Shown here: in pieces, positions 37,840-48,283 of the stretch
How positions within the stretch are numbered: the first letter of the stretch is position 1
Layout of the letters: every line of letters starts with the position of its first letter
From: an uncultured Methanosarcinales archaeon
Lineage (GTDB): Archaea; Nanobdellota; Nanobdellia; Woesearchaeales; JAGLXL01
Reading direction: 5' to 3'
DNA length: 64,000 bases
Assembly (NCBI GenBank): GCA_964364045.1
Contig: CAYIKL010000001.1
Span: forward strand, 24,633 to 88,632
The notes under the pieces: model-generated
What the model was told of the DNA's origin: nothing
Database searches by the model: none
What the model saw: only the letters and a program-made list of their open reading frames with translations
Made by a program: the position numbers and the translations under genes

Positions 37840-38667
37840 TTGTCACCGATACCTTTAAATAACCAGAAAACGTTCTATTGTTTAATGAACATAGAGGTGA
37901 GTGATGTGCATGAAAAGTGGTCGTTAACATTTAAAGTTTTTCTTCTTGTTGTCGTTCCCGGTCTGATAATCCAATACTATATTCGTCTGAATAACTGGAA
38001 CATTCTTGACATGAACATCATCATTGCGAGTCTGCTGACGGGTGCTGTGTTCCTTATAGGATTTATGCTCGCAGGCATCCTGCAGGACTTTAAGGAAAGC
38101 GAACAGTTGCTGAACAATGTCGCAAATGGGATTTTATCTGTCCAGGATCATAACCGAACGGAGCCAAACAAGGTAAAAAGAAAAGCAGTGCTTATGCATT
38201 TGATTAAGCTGACGACATCAACTCGTGATTGGTTGGAAGAGCAAATTAAAGTCGACAAAATATATCTTATGCTCAATGAGTTAAGTCTTTATTCTGCAAA
38301 GTTTGATAATCAAAATTGTACGTCCTGGCTTGAGGAAAACCAAAAGACATTAAGGCAGACGATTATGCGCATTGATGTCATAAAGAACACCATGTTTATT
38401 AAGGCTGGGTATACAATTATGGAAATCATCTCCATCGCAGTAATTGTGTTAATATTGTTTTCAAAGACCGATACGTTCATCCTTGGAGCAGCGACGTATG
38501 CCGCATCAAGCTTCACATTGGTCTACATGATCCTCTTGATCAAAGATATGGATGACCCATTCGAGTTCACGAAAGAAGGACAGAAGGCGGGAGCAGCAGA
38601 AGTCTCGATGATTCCTATAGACACAACACTAAGACTCCTCGACGATGAAATGAAAGCATTAAAGTAG
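37840..38667 (+). CDS. Hypothetical membrane protein
   Basis: Four predicted TM helices and no recognisable motif. Confidence 0.4.
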   Translation: MSPIPLNNQKTFYCLMNIEVSDVHEKWSLTFKVFLLVVVPGLIIQYYIRLNNWNILDMNIIIASLLTGAVFLIGFMLAGILQDFKESEQLLNNVANGILSVQDHNRTEPNKVKRKAVLMHLIKLTTSTRDWLEEQIKVDKIYLMLNELSLYSAKFDNQNCTSWLEENQKTLRQTIMRIDVIKNTMFIKAGYTIMEIISIAVIVLILFSKTDTFILGAATYAASSFTLVYMILLIKDMDDPFEFTKEGQKAGAAEVSMIPIDTTLRLLDDEMKALK

Positions 38668-40854
38668 CTATTCCTTCTTATAAGGAAAACTGGCAACGTT
38701 CCTTATCCTTTCCGCCAGCACATTCCCAATGCCTTCAACTTCCTTCAGCTCATCAACAGTCGCATTCACCATCTTCTCAACCGACCCAAAGTGCTTGAGC
38801 AGCTGCTGTGCCATCTTCAATCCAACACTCGGCAGCGCAGAAACCAAGTATTCCTGCTGTTCTGCAACGCTCAACGGTTTTTTTGCATGCATGCTGAAAT
38901 CGCGCGCCGTATCTTGCTCCCTGCGTGCAATAATCGCCAGCAGCGCAGCACTTTCCGCAGCATTTTTCGTCTGAATAATAGGAATGCCAAAACTCACCGT
39001 AATCGTCGCCAGCATGCCGCGGATGGCATTTGGGTGGATCTTTCTCACCGAATAGATATCCTGCTCGCCCTGCACGATGACGAGCGGCTTTGAAAAATTC
39101 TTCTTCAGCCCTTTCAACTGTTCAACAAAACGCCCGTCGATGATCGAATTCACAAAATCCTCAACTGTTTTGAATTCAACCGCACAGTTTGGTGAGCATA
39201 AATAATCTGCCGACTGCAGTTTCTCCAGTCGCAAAGAAATTCCTTGCTCAATGAGTTGTTTCATCACGTCCGATCCTTTTTCACGATAATCCGTCACGAT
39301 CTGCACTTTTTGCTCGTTTATAGATGAAGTCAATGGTTGCTCCATCTTCTGTAATGTGAACTCTTTCTTTATTTTTTCAAGCGTGCTGTACATCCTTTTC
39401 TCCTTGTGGTGTGCAACCCAGCGATATGCCACATCACGCGTCTCCTTCGCCATGAGGATAATTACACGCCCGATTTCCTGCCTGCCGGTCCTTCCCCGCC
39501 GTTGGATATGCCGAATTGCTGATGGTATCGGTTCGTAAAAAATAACCAAATCAACTGCAGGAATGTCAAGCCCTTCTTCCCCAACAGATGTGCACACAAG
39601 CACATTAAATTCTTCATTCCTGAACGAGTCAAGCATTTCTTTCTGCTGCTTTTGCGTCAAGCCGGTTTCGCCTTTCTTCATCTGTCCGACAAACAATTTT
39701 GCGCTGGTATTTGGGATGTTCTGCAATGAATTGATAATGTCTGATGCAGAATCACGGTACTGTGTAAAAACAATAAGTCTCTTCTTTCCCTCCGTAAGCT
39801 CTTCTTCAACAACATCCATCAGCTTGACCAATTTCGGATGCTTAATTTCATCTTCATACAGCTTTGCCGTCATGACAAACGCAGATTTAAAATCCAAGTC
39901 CGCAGCAAGGTTCTTCACTGCCTTGCTTTTTGCGTTGCGCGCTTCAACTTCTATCTTCTGAAAATATTTATACAACGGTGGGATGCCTTGCGTCTCCAAT
40001 AACTCCAATGCATGTTGTACCTTTATCGCCTCTGCAAGCAGTGATATTGAACGCAACAGCATCATATCCTTATTGCCTGCTACCTGAGCATGTAGCTGTC
40101 CCTGGAGCTCAAGCAATTCTCTTTTTCTCAGCTGCAGATTGTTGAGATAGCCGAATTCTTTTATTTTTTTTAGTTTTGAAAGATAACACTCAGAAAGAAA
40201 TCGCTGAATCCGCCGAAACGACTCCGGCAGTTCAACCTCTATCCACTCCGTTTTTATCTCTTTAATATATTCTTTGACATCTGGGTCATCGAGCGTTCTG
40301 ACTTCAACCGCTTCGATAAACGTATTTTTGCATATCTCTTTTATCTTTTCCACATCCGAGCCAGGTGATGCAGTCAATCCAAGAATGCGCGGAAACTTTG
40401 CTTTCTTCATATACTGCTTTGCGATGAATGTGTACGCATAATTTCCCGTTGCATGATGAACCTCGTCAAGAATGACCAGACTCACATTCTCTATGCCCAA
40501 CCTATCGCCAAGAATATCGTTTTCAAACCCTTGCGGCGTGCCGATGATGATCTGCGTCTTGTCCCACAGCTCTGCGCGCTTGCTTGGTGCGACAGCGCCC
40601 GTAAACAGTGTAAACTTTTCTTCAGAAATATCTAGATGTTTCCTGAATGTAGCAAGATGCTGCTCTGCCAGCGGTTTTGTCGGTGCAAGAAAGAGGATTT
40701 TTGACAGCGGATACTGCTTCAAGCGCTGTGCAGCAAGCATGAACGCGATTGCAGTCTTTCCTAATCCGGTAGGAAGCACAACGAGTGTATTCTTTCGTGA
40801 TGCAGTTGCAAGGATTGTTTCTTGGTATAAACGTGGAGTGAAGTCACGGAGCAT
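38668..40854 (-). CDS. hef: Hef-type helicase-nuclease (DEAH helicase, ERCC4 nuclease and HhH2)
   Basis: Motif I LPTGLGKT, DEVH, helicase C and QRRGRTGR are present, followed by an ERCC4 block (...VEFKTVEDFVNSIIDGRFVEQL...) and a C-terminal HhH2 (LPSVGLKMAQQLLKHFGSVEK...VEGIG). Confidence 0.8.
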   Translation of the reverse strand: MLRDFTPRLYQETILATASRKNTLVVLPTGLGKTAIAFMLAAQRLKQYPLSKILFLAPTKPLAEQHLATFRKHLDISEEKFTLFTGAVAPSKRAELWDKTQIIIGTPQGFENDILGDRLGIENVSLVILDEVHHATGNYAYTFIAKQYMKKAKFPRILGLTASPGSDVEKIKEICKNTFIEAVEVRTLDDPDVKEYIKEIKTEWIEVELPESFRRIQRFLSECYLSKLKKIKEFGYLNNLQLRKRELLELQGQLHAQVAGNKDMMLLRSISLLAEAIKVQHALELLETQGIPPLYKYFQKIEVEARNAKSKAVKNLAADLDFKSAFVMTAKLYEDEIKHPKLVKLMDVVEEELTEGKKRLIVFTQYRDSASDIINSLQNIPNTSAKLFVGQMKKGETGLTQKQQKEMLDSFRNEEFNVLVCTSVGEEGLDIPAVDLVIFYEPIPSAIRHIQRRGRTGRQEIGRVIILMAKETRDVAYRWVAHHKEKRMYSTLEKIKKEFTLQKMEQPLTSSINEQKVQIVTDYREKGSDVMKQLIEQGISLRLEKLQSADYLCSPNCAVEFKTVEDFVNSIIDGRFVEQLKGLKKNFSKPLVIVQGEQDIYSVRKIHPNAIRGMLATITVSFGIPIIQTKNAAESAALLAIIARREQDTARDFSMHAKKPLSVAEQQEYLVSALPSVGLKMAQQLLKHFGSVEKMVNATVDELKEVEGIGNVLAERIRNVASFPYKKE

Positions 40855-40889
40855 TCCTCATCCAGGGATATGGGTGTATAAAAGGGTAT

Positions 40890-41048
40890 CTATCTGCTCT
40901 TTTCCTCTTCAAGAAGATGTTTTATATCTTTAATATCTTCCCTCATATTCTCAATATCTTCCCGCAGCTTTGTTATCTCATCGAGAATAGTGTCGCGAAA
41001 GCCTTCATACTCTGCAATCAATGAGCCAAACTCTTCATTTGAAACCAT
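40890..41048 (-). CDS. Possible small coiled-coil protein (52 aa) upstream of hef
   Basis: Hand translation gives MVSNEEFGSLIAEYEGFRDTILDEITKLREDIENMREDIKDIKHLLEEEKSR. It is below the ORF-track size cut-off. Confidence 0.25.
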   Translation of the reverse strand: MVSNEEFGSLIAEYEGFRDTILDEITKLREDIENMREDIKDIKHLLEEEKSR

Positions 41049-41081
41049 TTATCAGCAAAAATCCCGGTGATTTATATAAAT

Positions 41082-41432
41082 TTACTTAATCCATCCTTCA
41101 GTTTTAAAGAATCCCATATACCCCTTCTGATGTGCCCAGAGTGCAACGAAAAAGCCCACCAAGAAGAACAGCATAATAATCTTCTTGTTCGCTGATATCG
41201 CGCCAAGCATAAATCCAAGTAAAAACCCTATCAGCATTAATATAAACGGAAAGATAGGCTGGTAACGGTGCCGTTCGTAAATCACTCTGCCTCCTAGAAA
41301 TCCCGCAAGAAGAATCACAATGTAATGCATGGCGGGGCTTTGGATGACAATAGCAAAAAAGAATCCGAGCAGGAGGATAAGCACAGCAAGAATTTCTGCC
41401 CAATGTTCCATTATTAACATATCTGTCTTCAT
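41082..41432 (-). CDS. Small membrane protein
   Basis: Three hydrophobic helices, with a 4-nt overlap with the upstream M50 protease gene. Confidence 0.4.
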   Translation of the reverse strand: MKTDMLIMEHWAEILAVLILLLGFFFAIVIQSPAMHYIVILLAGFLGGRVIYERHRYQPIFPFILMLIGFLLGFMLGAISANKKIIMLFFLVGFFVALWAHQKGYMGFFKTEGWIK

Positions 41433-42181
41433 TGTGGTTGGTGTTCGATGGTGAAATAATAAACTGCAAGGATGAGTGCGGTAATCACTAGTCCGACAAT
41501 CAGTGCCATGAAGACGCTCAACACCTTTGGCAGCAGGAGCAGCACGCTTGCAACGATGACTCCTGCTAATATCAGCACATACAGTAATCTGCCTCCAAAG
41601 AATGTGTTGATTCCGTCAAGGTGAGGGATGGGGAGCATGGTGCATATGCCAAAAATGATATTGATCAAAAAAAGCTTCTGGAAAAAATAGCTTGACGGAA
41701 ACGCGTCAACGAAGAGTTTTGCCACAAACGCAAGTGCGATGTTTGCTAATGGCCCCCATATGGCAACAATCCCCATGTCCCAATAGCTCCAGCCATAACG
41801 GAAAATACCTAAACGATGGCGTGCAAGGAGCGCAACAACAATTCCGCCTGGCAGCACGAGCTGTATCCTGCCGTTTGATGCGAACGCAAGCATTAAGCTT
41901 GCGATTAGCCCTCCCCACCATATCTTAAATTCCGCCTTAAAACCATCACGCAATGCCATGATTCGGTGTGCCGATTCATGCACAAAAAATGAGATTGCCG
42001 ATGCAAAAATTGCCAAAAGCAGGTTTTTTGCGCCGATAAGCGCGTCAAATACGGTATTCCCCCAGTCACGGAACGAGAAAATAAAGCCGACGATGAGCAC
42101 TGCCGCTGCAAGATCTCGTACCTCTTTTTTGCTGAACGCAAAATACCTGTCCAGCCGGTCACGCAGCTCAAAAAGGACCAT
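41429..42181 (-). CDS. Site-2 protease family (M50) intramembrane metalloprotease
   Basis: FFVHESAHRIMAL is an HExxH within a TM helix, and the protein is polytopic. Confidence 0.7.
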   Translation of the reverse strand: MVLFELRDRLDRYFAFSKKEVRDLAAAVLIVGFIFSFRDWGNTVFDALIGAKNLLLAIFASAISFFVHESAHRIMALRDGFKAEFKIWWGGLIASLMLAFASNGRIQLVLPGGIVVALLARHRLGIFRYGWSYWDMGIVAIWGPLANIALAFVAKLFVDAFPSSYFFQKLFLINIIFGICTMLPIPHLDGINTFFGGRLLYVLILAGVIVASVLLLLPKVLSVFMALIVGLVITALILAVYYFTIEHQPQ

Positions 42182-42220
42182 AGCGAGAATGATTGTTTTA
42201 GGGTTTAAAAAGGTTGAGGG

Positions 42221-42889
42221 CTAAACATCCTTCATCGCCTTCTCAATCGCTTCCTTATGCCCAGCCCCTACCACCGCAACAATCGTTACACCCTTCTCAG
42301 CAATCTTTTTCAGCTGCTGTATCATAAAACTGTTCCTTTCAGTAATAAGCACTTTATACACATTGGGATAGCGCTTCTTCAACTGCAACGTCATCTTTTT
42401 TATCAACTGCTCCGGCGGGACTTTTGTTAAATCAAATTTATCGAGCCCATATCGCCGTAATTCTGCTTTTTGGAAGACCATTCCTTTGATGATATCACCT
42501 GCAAACCTGAACCTTTCCTTCCAGCTCAGCGTCTGTGAAAAACGGCGCAGTGTTATTTCAATGTCCTGATCGATCAGCGCAAGCTTGATGTTGTGCTTCT
42601 TAGCCAATTTAACTGCTTCTAACATATCTGAACCCGGAGCTGTACCGACAAGCTTGCCTAGCTTCTTCTGGATATACGATCCAAGCAGCGCAAACAGAAA
42701 GCCTTTCAAGCCCACACGAAACACATCACGAAACGAAACGCTTGGTTTTTGTCTGCTCACCAACGCATGCAAACGTTTTATATCAAGCTCAACCGCAACA
42801 TAATCAGGCTGATGCTTCTCAATTGCGCGCTTTATTTCCTCAATGCTCTGCCGAGAGATATGGGAAGTTCCAATAACGATGATGGCCAT
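42221..42889 (-). CDS. TraB/PrgY/GumN-family protein
   Basis: MAIIVIGTSHISRQSIEEIKRAIEKHQPDYVAVELD...AVVGAGHK matches the TraB-family signature. Confidence 0.7.
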   Translation of the reverse strand: MAIIVIGTSHISRQSIEEIKRAIEKHQPDYVAVELDIKRLHALVSRQKPSVSFRDVFRVGLKGFLFALLGSYIQKKLGKLVGTAPGSDMLEAVKLAKKHNIKLALIDQDIEITLRRFSQTLSWKERFRFAGDIIKGMVFQKAELRRYGLDKFDLTKVPPEQLIKKMTLQLKKRYPNVYKVLITERNSFMIQQLKKIAEKGVTIVAVVGAGHKEAIEKAMKDV

Positions 42890-42980
42890 GCAACTTCAAT
42901 ATGAAGTTTGTTTAAAAAGCTTTGGAGTGCAGAAAATTTTATATACTGCTGAACAAGTTTGAGCTGCGAGGTGCTTTATA

Positions 42981-43259
42981 ATGCTGAAGATGAAAAAGAT
43001 GACCGAAACGTACGATATGAGAGTATACACCGATGGTGGCGATTATTTTGGAGATATTGAGGATGGGATTCTGGCAACAAACAAAGCGTTTGGCTGGAAG
43101 ATCAAGGCGACAAAAAACTCATTTTTAAGCAAAGTGTTGGGCAGCGCAAAAGGCGTCATTGTGCCCCATCAGCTGGTGAAGTCGGTAGGTGATATCTTTA
43201 TTATATCAAAAACCGCTGTTCCAAACTATCCTTCTGAAGAGGAAGGGAAAGAAGAGTAA
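42981..43259 (+). CDS. PRC-barrel-like small protein
   Basis: VYTDGGDYFGDIEDGILATNKAFGWKIKAT...GVIVPHQLVKSVGDIFII. Confidence 0.45.
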   Translation: MLKMKKMTETYDMRVYTDGGDYFGDIEDGILATNKAFGWKIKATKNSFLSKVLGSAKGVIVPHQLVKSVGDIFIISKTAVPNYPSEEEGKEE

Positions 43260-43312
43260 CCTTCTTTCTTTTCTCCACAATCTTTATAAGCGCTCATTTT
43301 CAAAATCCATGT

Positions 43313-43858
43313 ATGGATAAAAAAGAGCTCAGAGCGCATATGCTGAGGAAGCGCACATCATTGTCTTTTTGGGAAATCAAACAAAAAAGTCAACGTATTT
43401 GTGCTGTTCTCACACAGCTTCCAGAGTTTAAACGCGCAAAAAGTATTGCTTTCTACATCTCGACGAAATCCGAAGTCCATACACATGATCTTATTAAGAC
43501 TCTTTTAGAAAAAAAAGAAAAGAAAGTTTCTGTCCCAGTTTATAGCGCAAACGTCCTCTCCGAAATAAGCAGCTGGAGCGAGCTTTCAGAAGGGGCATTT
43601 GGCATTCTCGAGCCAAAAAACCTTTCTGTTGTCAACGACGCTGATCTTATCATAGTTCCAGGCGTTGCATTTGACCGTCAATGTAACCGGTTGGGTCATG
43701 GCAAGGGATTTTACGATAAACTCTTGAAAAATTACAAAGGAAAATCAATTGCGCTTGCCTATGAGCAGCAGATCGTGGATAAAATCCCAACAGAAGATCA
43801 TGATGTCAAAGTCAACAAAATAATCACTGAAAAATGGATCATTTATGGCAATCATTGA
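43313..43858 (+). CDS. 5-formyltetrahydrofolate cyclo-ligase
   Basis: ELRAHMLRKR...IIVPGVAFDRQCNRLGHGKGFYDKLL is the MTHFS signature. Confidence 0.8.
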   Translation: MDKKELRAHMLRKRTSLSFWEIKQKSQRICAVLTQLPEFKRAKSIAFYISTKSEVHTHDLIKTLLEKKEKKVSVPVYSANVLSEISSWSELSEGAFGILEPKNLSVVNDADLIIVPGVAFDRQCNRLGHGKGFYDKLLKNYKGKSIALAYEQQIVDKIPTEDHDVKVNKIITEKWIIYGNH

Positions 43859-44606
43859 TGGGAAAGCTATTGCGCAGCGCATGATAGAAAAGATGAAACC
43901 GGAAACGCAAGCACAAACACTAACTCTTGCAGTCCTCGCTGGCGATGCAGCTTCAAAAGCCTATACCAACGGCATACGTGCTGCATGCTATGAGCTTGGT
44001 GTTTCCTTAAAAATATACAAACTCAGTGAAGATATAAAAACGTTAAACGATGACCAAAATATCCAGGGCATACTCATTCAGATGCCATTGCCCGGGCACA
44101 TTGATAAATCAATAGTTACGAGCATCGCTCCTGAAAAAGATGTCGGCGGATTACGTTCGAGTCCATTTGTAGCACCCACCGCTCGAGCGATTATCGCTCT
44201 GCTTAAAGAACAAACAAAAATTACCGGAAAGCATGCAGTAATAGTTGGAAGAAGCAGTATCGTGGGCAAGCCGACTGCACACCTGCTTTTAGACGAGCAT
44301 GCGGCGGTGACTGTATGCCATTCGAAGACGAGGAATCTGTCGCACTACACGAAACAGGCAGATATTTTAGTTGTCGCTGCCGGCAAGCCAAGACTCATTA
44401 CAGCGGACATGGTTAAAGACGGTGCAGTTGTCATCGACGTTGGTATCAATTATATCGATGGTAAAATGTGCGGTGACGTCGATTTTGAGAATGTAAAGAA
44501 CAAAGCGTCAGCCATAACACCTGTTCCCGGCGGCGTTGGGCCGATGACCATTGCAATGCTCATGGATAATGTTTTGATAGCCGCAAAGAGAGCAGAAATG
44601 TCATGA
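43845..44606 (+). CDS. folD: Methylenetetrahydrofolate dehydrogenase/cyclohydrolase FolD
   Basis: IDGKAIAQ..., GILIQMPLP, VIVGRSSIVGKP, TPVPGGVGPMTIAML. Confidence 0.85.
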   Translation: MAIIDGKAIAQRMIEKMKPETQAQTLTLAVLAGDAASKAYTNGIRAACYELGVSLKIYKLSEDIKTLNDDQNIQGILIQMPLPGHIDKSIVTSIAPEKDVGGLRSSPFVAPTARAIIALLKEQTKITGKHAVIVGRSSIVGKPTAHLLLDEHAAVTVCHSKTRNLSHYTKQADILVVAAGKPRLITADMVKDGAVVIDVGINYIDGKMCGDVDFENVKNKASAITPVPGGVGPMTIAMLMDNVLIAAKRAEMS

Positions 44607-44616
44607 ATCAGCGCGC

Positions 44617-45357
44617 CTAATCATTCTCTACTCTCGGCGCTAAAATAAAACTCAATGCAACCTTGTCAATCTGCTTGTAATCCAGCCGCAGCGGATAATC
44701 ATTGCTGAACTTGATGGTGACGCGATCAGATATTTTTCCCCCTTCAATCATCTTCTTCAAGTATTCAATGCTGTATTTCGCTTTGACACTGTCATTTTTT
44801 GAATCAATTTTCGTGTTATCGCTCTGCTTAATCTCGATGCTTGCTTTGCTCAAATCTCCTTCAGCCGCTATTGTCAGCTTTGATTTGTCTGCAAGAAATG
44901 TGACCGATTCAGCAACAACATCAACATCCCCAATAGCTTCAGTTAATATTGAAGAATTTGTATCCACGGAGAGGGGAAACTGCAGTTCAGGAACGCGCTG
45001 CTCTTTCTCATCAAGTTCAATGATGGGAAGCGCAAATGTCCTGACGGTGTCTGACCTAAACTGAACTTTTAATTTTCCTTCTTCCAGCTCTAATGTAACT
45101 GTATCATTTGATTTTGCTCTTCTCAATATCTGCTTGAGCTGCGCTAGATTAATAGCAAGCTCCTCATCTTTCTTCACATCATATTCTGTAAAGCATGTTG
45201 AAAGAAGCTTGAATATCACCATAGCCACATTTGCAGGGTCCATCGCAACCAGCTCAAGCGCATCTTTTTTAACGATGAATTTTGCCTCATTTACCAAATC
45301 AGAAATGACGCTGACACTGTCTTTTAAGTATCGTGGCTCTGCTAATGTTAAACGCAT
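44617..45357 (-). CDS. pcn: DNA polymerase sliding clamp PCNA
   Basis: MRLTLAEPRYLKDSVSVISDLVNEAKFIVKKDALELVAMDPANVAMV... has the two-domain PCNA fold. The start is at the internal MRL. Confidence 0.85.
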   Translation of the reverse strand: MRLTLAEPRYLKDSVSVISDLVNEAKFIVKKDALELVAMDPANVAMVIFKLLSTCFTEYDVKKDEELAINLAQLKQILRRAKSNDTVTLELEEGKLKVQFRSDTVRTFALPIIELDEKEQRVPELQFPLSVDTNSSILTEAIGDVDVVAESVTFLADKSKLTIAAEGDLSKASIEIKQSDNTKIDSKNDSVKAKYSIEYLKKMIEGGKISDRVTIKFSNDYPLRLDYKQIDKVALSFILAPRVEND

Positions 45358-45463
45358 GGTACACCCCAAGCCCTGCGGAGAAAGGGGGTATTTATAGCTT
45401 TTGTTGTGGTGTGGTTATAGTAATTAGAAAATACAGTTTTTTGTTGTTAAGTGGTGGTGGAAC

Positions 45464-46801
45464 TTAATCCACCTTCACTTTCTGTCCATTAAATAACAAA
45501 TGCACCTTCTCCTGCTCATATCCAAGCTGATGCGCAAGCTCAGCAAACAGCGCCAGCCTTCCCGGCTCAGCATGTGTTGGAATGATGTGCTTGGGCTGAA
45601 CCATCAAGATAAAATCCCGCAGATCTTCCCGTGCCGAATGTCCTGACACATGAATGTCGGTAAAAATCCGAACTCCTTTATCCTGCAGCCGTGTCTCGAG
45701 CACTTTCCTGTTTGCAATCGTTGGTGGTGTTGGGATGGTTAATGCAGAAAAAATGACAAAATCTCCGTTTGTCAGCGGAAAATGGTAATCATCATTGGCA
45801 ATGCGCGACAATGTTGCTTTTGGCTCGCCTTGATGACCGGTCATGACTAACAAATATTTGTCTTTCTGCTTCGCGCATGTGGTCAGCATCTTTCGCGCAC
45901 GCTGACCATAATAGACCATGCCGATCTGCTTTGTAAAGTTTACCAGATTGATGCTTTCCGCAGCAGTCACATATTTGTTGAGCGACCGTCCGAGAAATAC
46001 AATTTTCCGGTTCAACTTTTTTCCAAAATCAATGATGCTTTTCAGCCGCGCAATATGCGAAGAAAATGTCGTCACAACAATTGCTTTTCCTTCCGTCTTT
46101 GTCTCGAGCATCACTTCCTTCAGCAGTTGCCGCGCAACCGCCTCAGACGGCATCTTTCCAGGCCTATCAACATATAAACATTCCATAATAAGCAGCACAA
46201 CCTTCTCACGCAGCTGCTTAAGCCGTTTATAGTTGGGCTTGTTGCCCAACACAGGAGTGTTGTCCAACTTGAAATCATTTGCATACAAAATCGTTCCATA
46301 TTGTGTGTGTAGTGCAACAATCGCTGTTTGTGGCGTGCTATGTGTCACATGAATAAATTCAACAGTGATCTTATCATTAAGCTGAAACGTTGAGTTTGGG
46401 TTGATGCGGATTAATTTGTTCTTTAGCTTTCCGTGCCCATGCTTGTCCTTGCTGAGCGCTTTAATGACTTCAATGGTGTAGGGCGTGGCAATGATGGGTG
46501 CATCGAACTTGTTTGCAAGAAACGGGATTGCGCCTACATGATCAAGATGCGCATGGCTCGGGATAATTGCACGCACCTGATGCTTCCATTCTTCGATATG
46601 CGCAAGGTCAGGAACAGCTGAAACTTCAGTGAGCTGCTTTCCCGTGATATCGTGAATATCCTCTTCCTCCTCGGTGTATTTGACATAGTTCTCCATATGG
46701 AGCCCCATGTCAAGAATGATCACATCCTCATCAATTTTAACTGCAGTACAGTTCCTTCCCACTTCGTTGAAACCGCCAACTGCACAGACTTCAATAGGCA
46801 T
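45464..46801 (-). CDS. Beta-CASP metallo-beta-lactamase ribonuclease (aRNase J/aCPSF2-like)
   Basis: HAHLDHVGAIP with downstream beta-CASP motifs. The protein is 445 aa and has no KH domains. Confidence 0.75.
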   Translation of the reverse strand: MPIEVCAVGGFNEVGRNCTAVKIDEDVIILDMGLHMENYVKYTEEEEDIHDITGKQLTEVSAVPDLAHIEEWKHQVRAIIPSHAHLDHVGAIPFLANKFDAPIIATPYTIEVIKALSKDKHGHGKLKNKLIRINPNSTFQLNDKITVEFIHVTHSTPQTAIVALHTQYGTILYANDFKLDNTPVLGNKPNYKRLKQLREKVVLLIMECLYVDRPGKMPSEAVARQLLKEVMLETKTEGKAIVVTTFSSHIARLKSIIDFGKKLNRKIVFLGRSLNKYVTAAESINLVNFTKQIGMVYYGQRARKMLTTCAKQKDKYLLVMTGHQGEPKATLSRIANDDYHFPLTNGDFVIFSALTIPTPPTIANRKVLETRLQDKGVRIFTDIHVSGHSAREDLRDFILMVQPKHIIPTHAEPGRLALFAELAHQLGYEQEKVHLLFNGQKVKVD

Positions 46802-46877
46802 ATGTTTGAGAATGTTCTTTTATTTAAAAATGTGATGGGCGAAAGCTTTTTATACCATTGATCAGTCTTGATGCGGC

Positions 46878-47165
46878 ATGAGTTGGACAGCAGCTGAGGT
46901 GGCGGCGTATAAGCCAAGGAAAGACGCATTTTTGGAAAGCCTCTATGAAATTGCAGGAGCGGCATCTACAGATCCAGAAAGCAGGGCAAACTACCTCAGG
47001 AAATCCGGTGTAACTCTCACGAAAGCCGAACGTATACTCGTGAGGCGCGAGGCTACAAAAGCCGGAAACAACGCAGAGTTGGCTCTTCTCGAGGATTTAG
47101 CTATTGCTGCTCATGAAGCACAACCACTTCGCAAAGTGAGTCCAACTCCACCCAAAAACATTTAA
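46878..47165 (+). CDS. Hypothetical protein
   Basis: ORF with no recognisable motif. Confidence 0.3.
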   Translation: MSWTAAEVAAYKPRKDAFLESLYEIAGAASTDPESRANYLRKSGVTLTKAERILVRREATKAGNNAELALLEDLAIAAHEAQPLRKVSPTPPKNI

Positions 47166-47167
47166 AC
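47156..47167 (+). promoter_or_regulatory. BRE/TATA element ACATTTAAACCC about 26 nt upstream of the fbp ATG
   Basis: Motif and spacing. Confidence 0.4.
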
Positions 47168-47189
47168 CCCCTTTTTTCTGCCGTGAATA

Positions 47190-48272
47190 ATGACAAAAAT
47201 AACCTTATCTGCGATAAAAGCTGATATCGGCAGCATTGGCGGCCATACAAAGCCAAGCGATGAGCTGTTCAACACCCTAAAAAATTTCATTCTCGAAAAA
47301 GGAAAAAATATGCTTGTTGATTTTTATGTTGGCTATACAGGCGATGATATTCATCTTCTCTTGTCCCATAGAAAAGGAATAAACAATGAAGAGATACACA
47401 AACTTGCATGGGACGCCTTCAAGGCCGGAACTGAGATAGCAAAAAAACAAGGTCTCTACGGTGCAGGGCAAGACTTGCTGAAAGATTCTTTCGCCGGCAA
47501 CGTCCGCGGCTTGGGCCCAGGCGTTGCTGAAATGGAGTTCGAAGAGAGGCCGAGTGAAGCATTTGCGCTCGTTACAGCGGACAAAACCGAACCAGGCGCG
47601 TTTAACTTCCCATTCTATCGGCTTTTTTGCGAGCCTTCTGCAAATACCGGTCTGCTCCTCAATAAGTCATTAGCATCAGTTGTTATCACGGTGATGGATG
47701 TCATGACAGGGAAAAAAGCTGAGCTCACAACACCGCACGATATATTCCTGATTGCTGCGGTGCTGATGTATCCAGGCAGGTATGTGGTTGACTCGGTGAA
47801 AAATAAGGAACACGAGCCAATACTCGTCGCAACAACAGATCGGCTGCATAATATTGCAGGGACATATGTTGGAAAGGATGATCCTGCTGCGATCATCCGG
47901 TTGCAAAAAAATTTTCCAGCTACAGAGGAAGCATGTTCAGTGTTCAAAACCGCACATTATGTCGCAGGCAATACGCGTGGGAGTCACCATCTGCCGCTGA
48001 TGCCGGTAAAGAAATGCACTGCAGCCAGTGCAAATTTCTGTATACCCATCGTCAGCTGCATGTTGTTCAGCATGCACGATGGAAAATTAACTGCATACAC
48101 CGATGCGTTTGATACCCCCGATTGGGATTATTACAGAAACAAAGCAGTACAAAAAGCTGAGTATATGCGCGAGCAAGGTTTTGTTCATCCTGCAACGCTT
48201 GTTCCTGAGGAACTCGAATACAGTCCTGCCTATAAAGCAATGATGAGTGAAGTCGAGAAAAGATTTAAATAA
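47190..48272 (+). CDS. fbp: Bifunctional fructose-1,6-bisphosphate aldolase/phosphatase (class V FBPase)
   Basis: MTKITLSAIKADIGSIGGHTKPSDELF matches the conserved N-terminus of archaeal FBPA/P. The length is 360 aa. Confidence 0.85.
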   Translation: MTKITLSAIKADIGSIGGHTKPSDELFNTLKNFILEKGKNMLVDFYVGYTGDDIHLLLSHRKGINNEEIHKLAWDAFKAGTEIAKKQGLYGAGQDLLKDSFAGNVRGLGPGVAEMEFEERPSEAFALVTADKTEPGAFNFPFYRLFCEPSANTGLLLNKSLASVVITVMDVMTGKKAELTTPHDIFLIAAVLMYPGRYVVDSVKNKEHEPILVATTDRLHNIAGTYVGKDDPAAIIRLQKNFPATEEACSVFKTAHYVAGNTRGSHHLPLMPVKKCTAASANFCIPIVSCMLFSMHDGKLTAYTDAFDTPDWDYYRNKAVQKAEYMREQGFVHPATLVPEELEYSPAYKAMMSEVEKRFK

Positions 48273-48283
48273 TTCTAAAAACA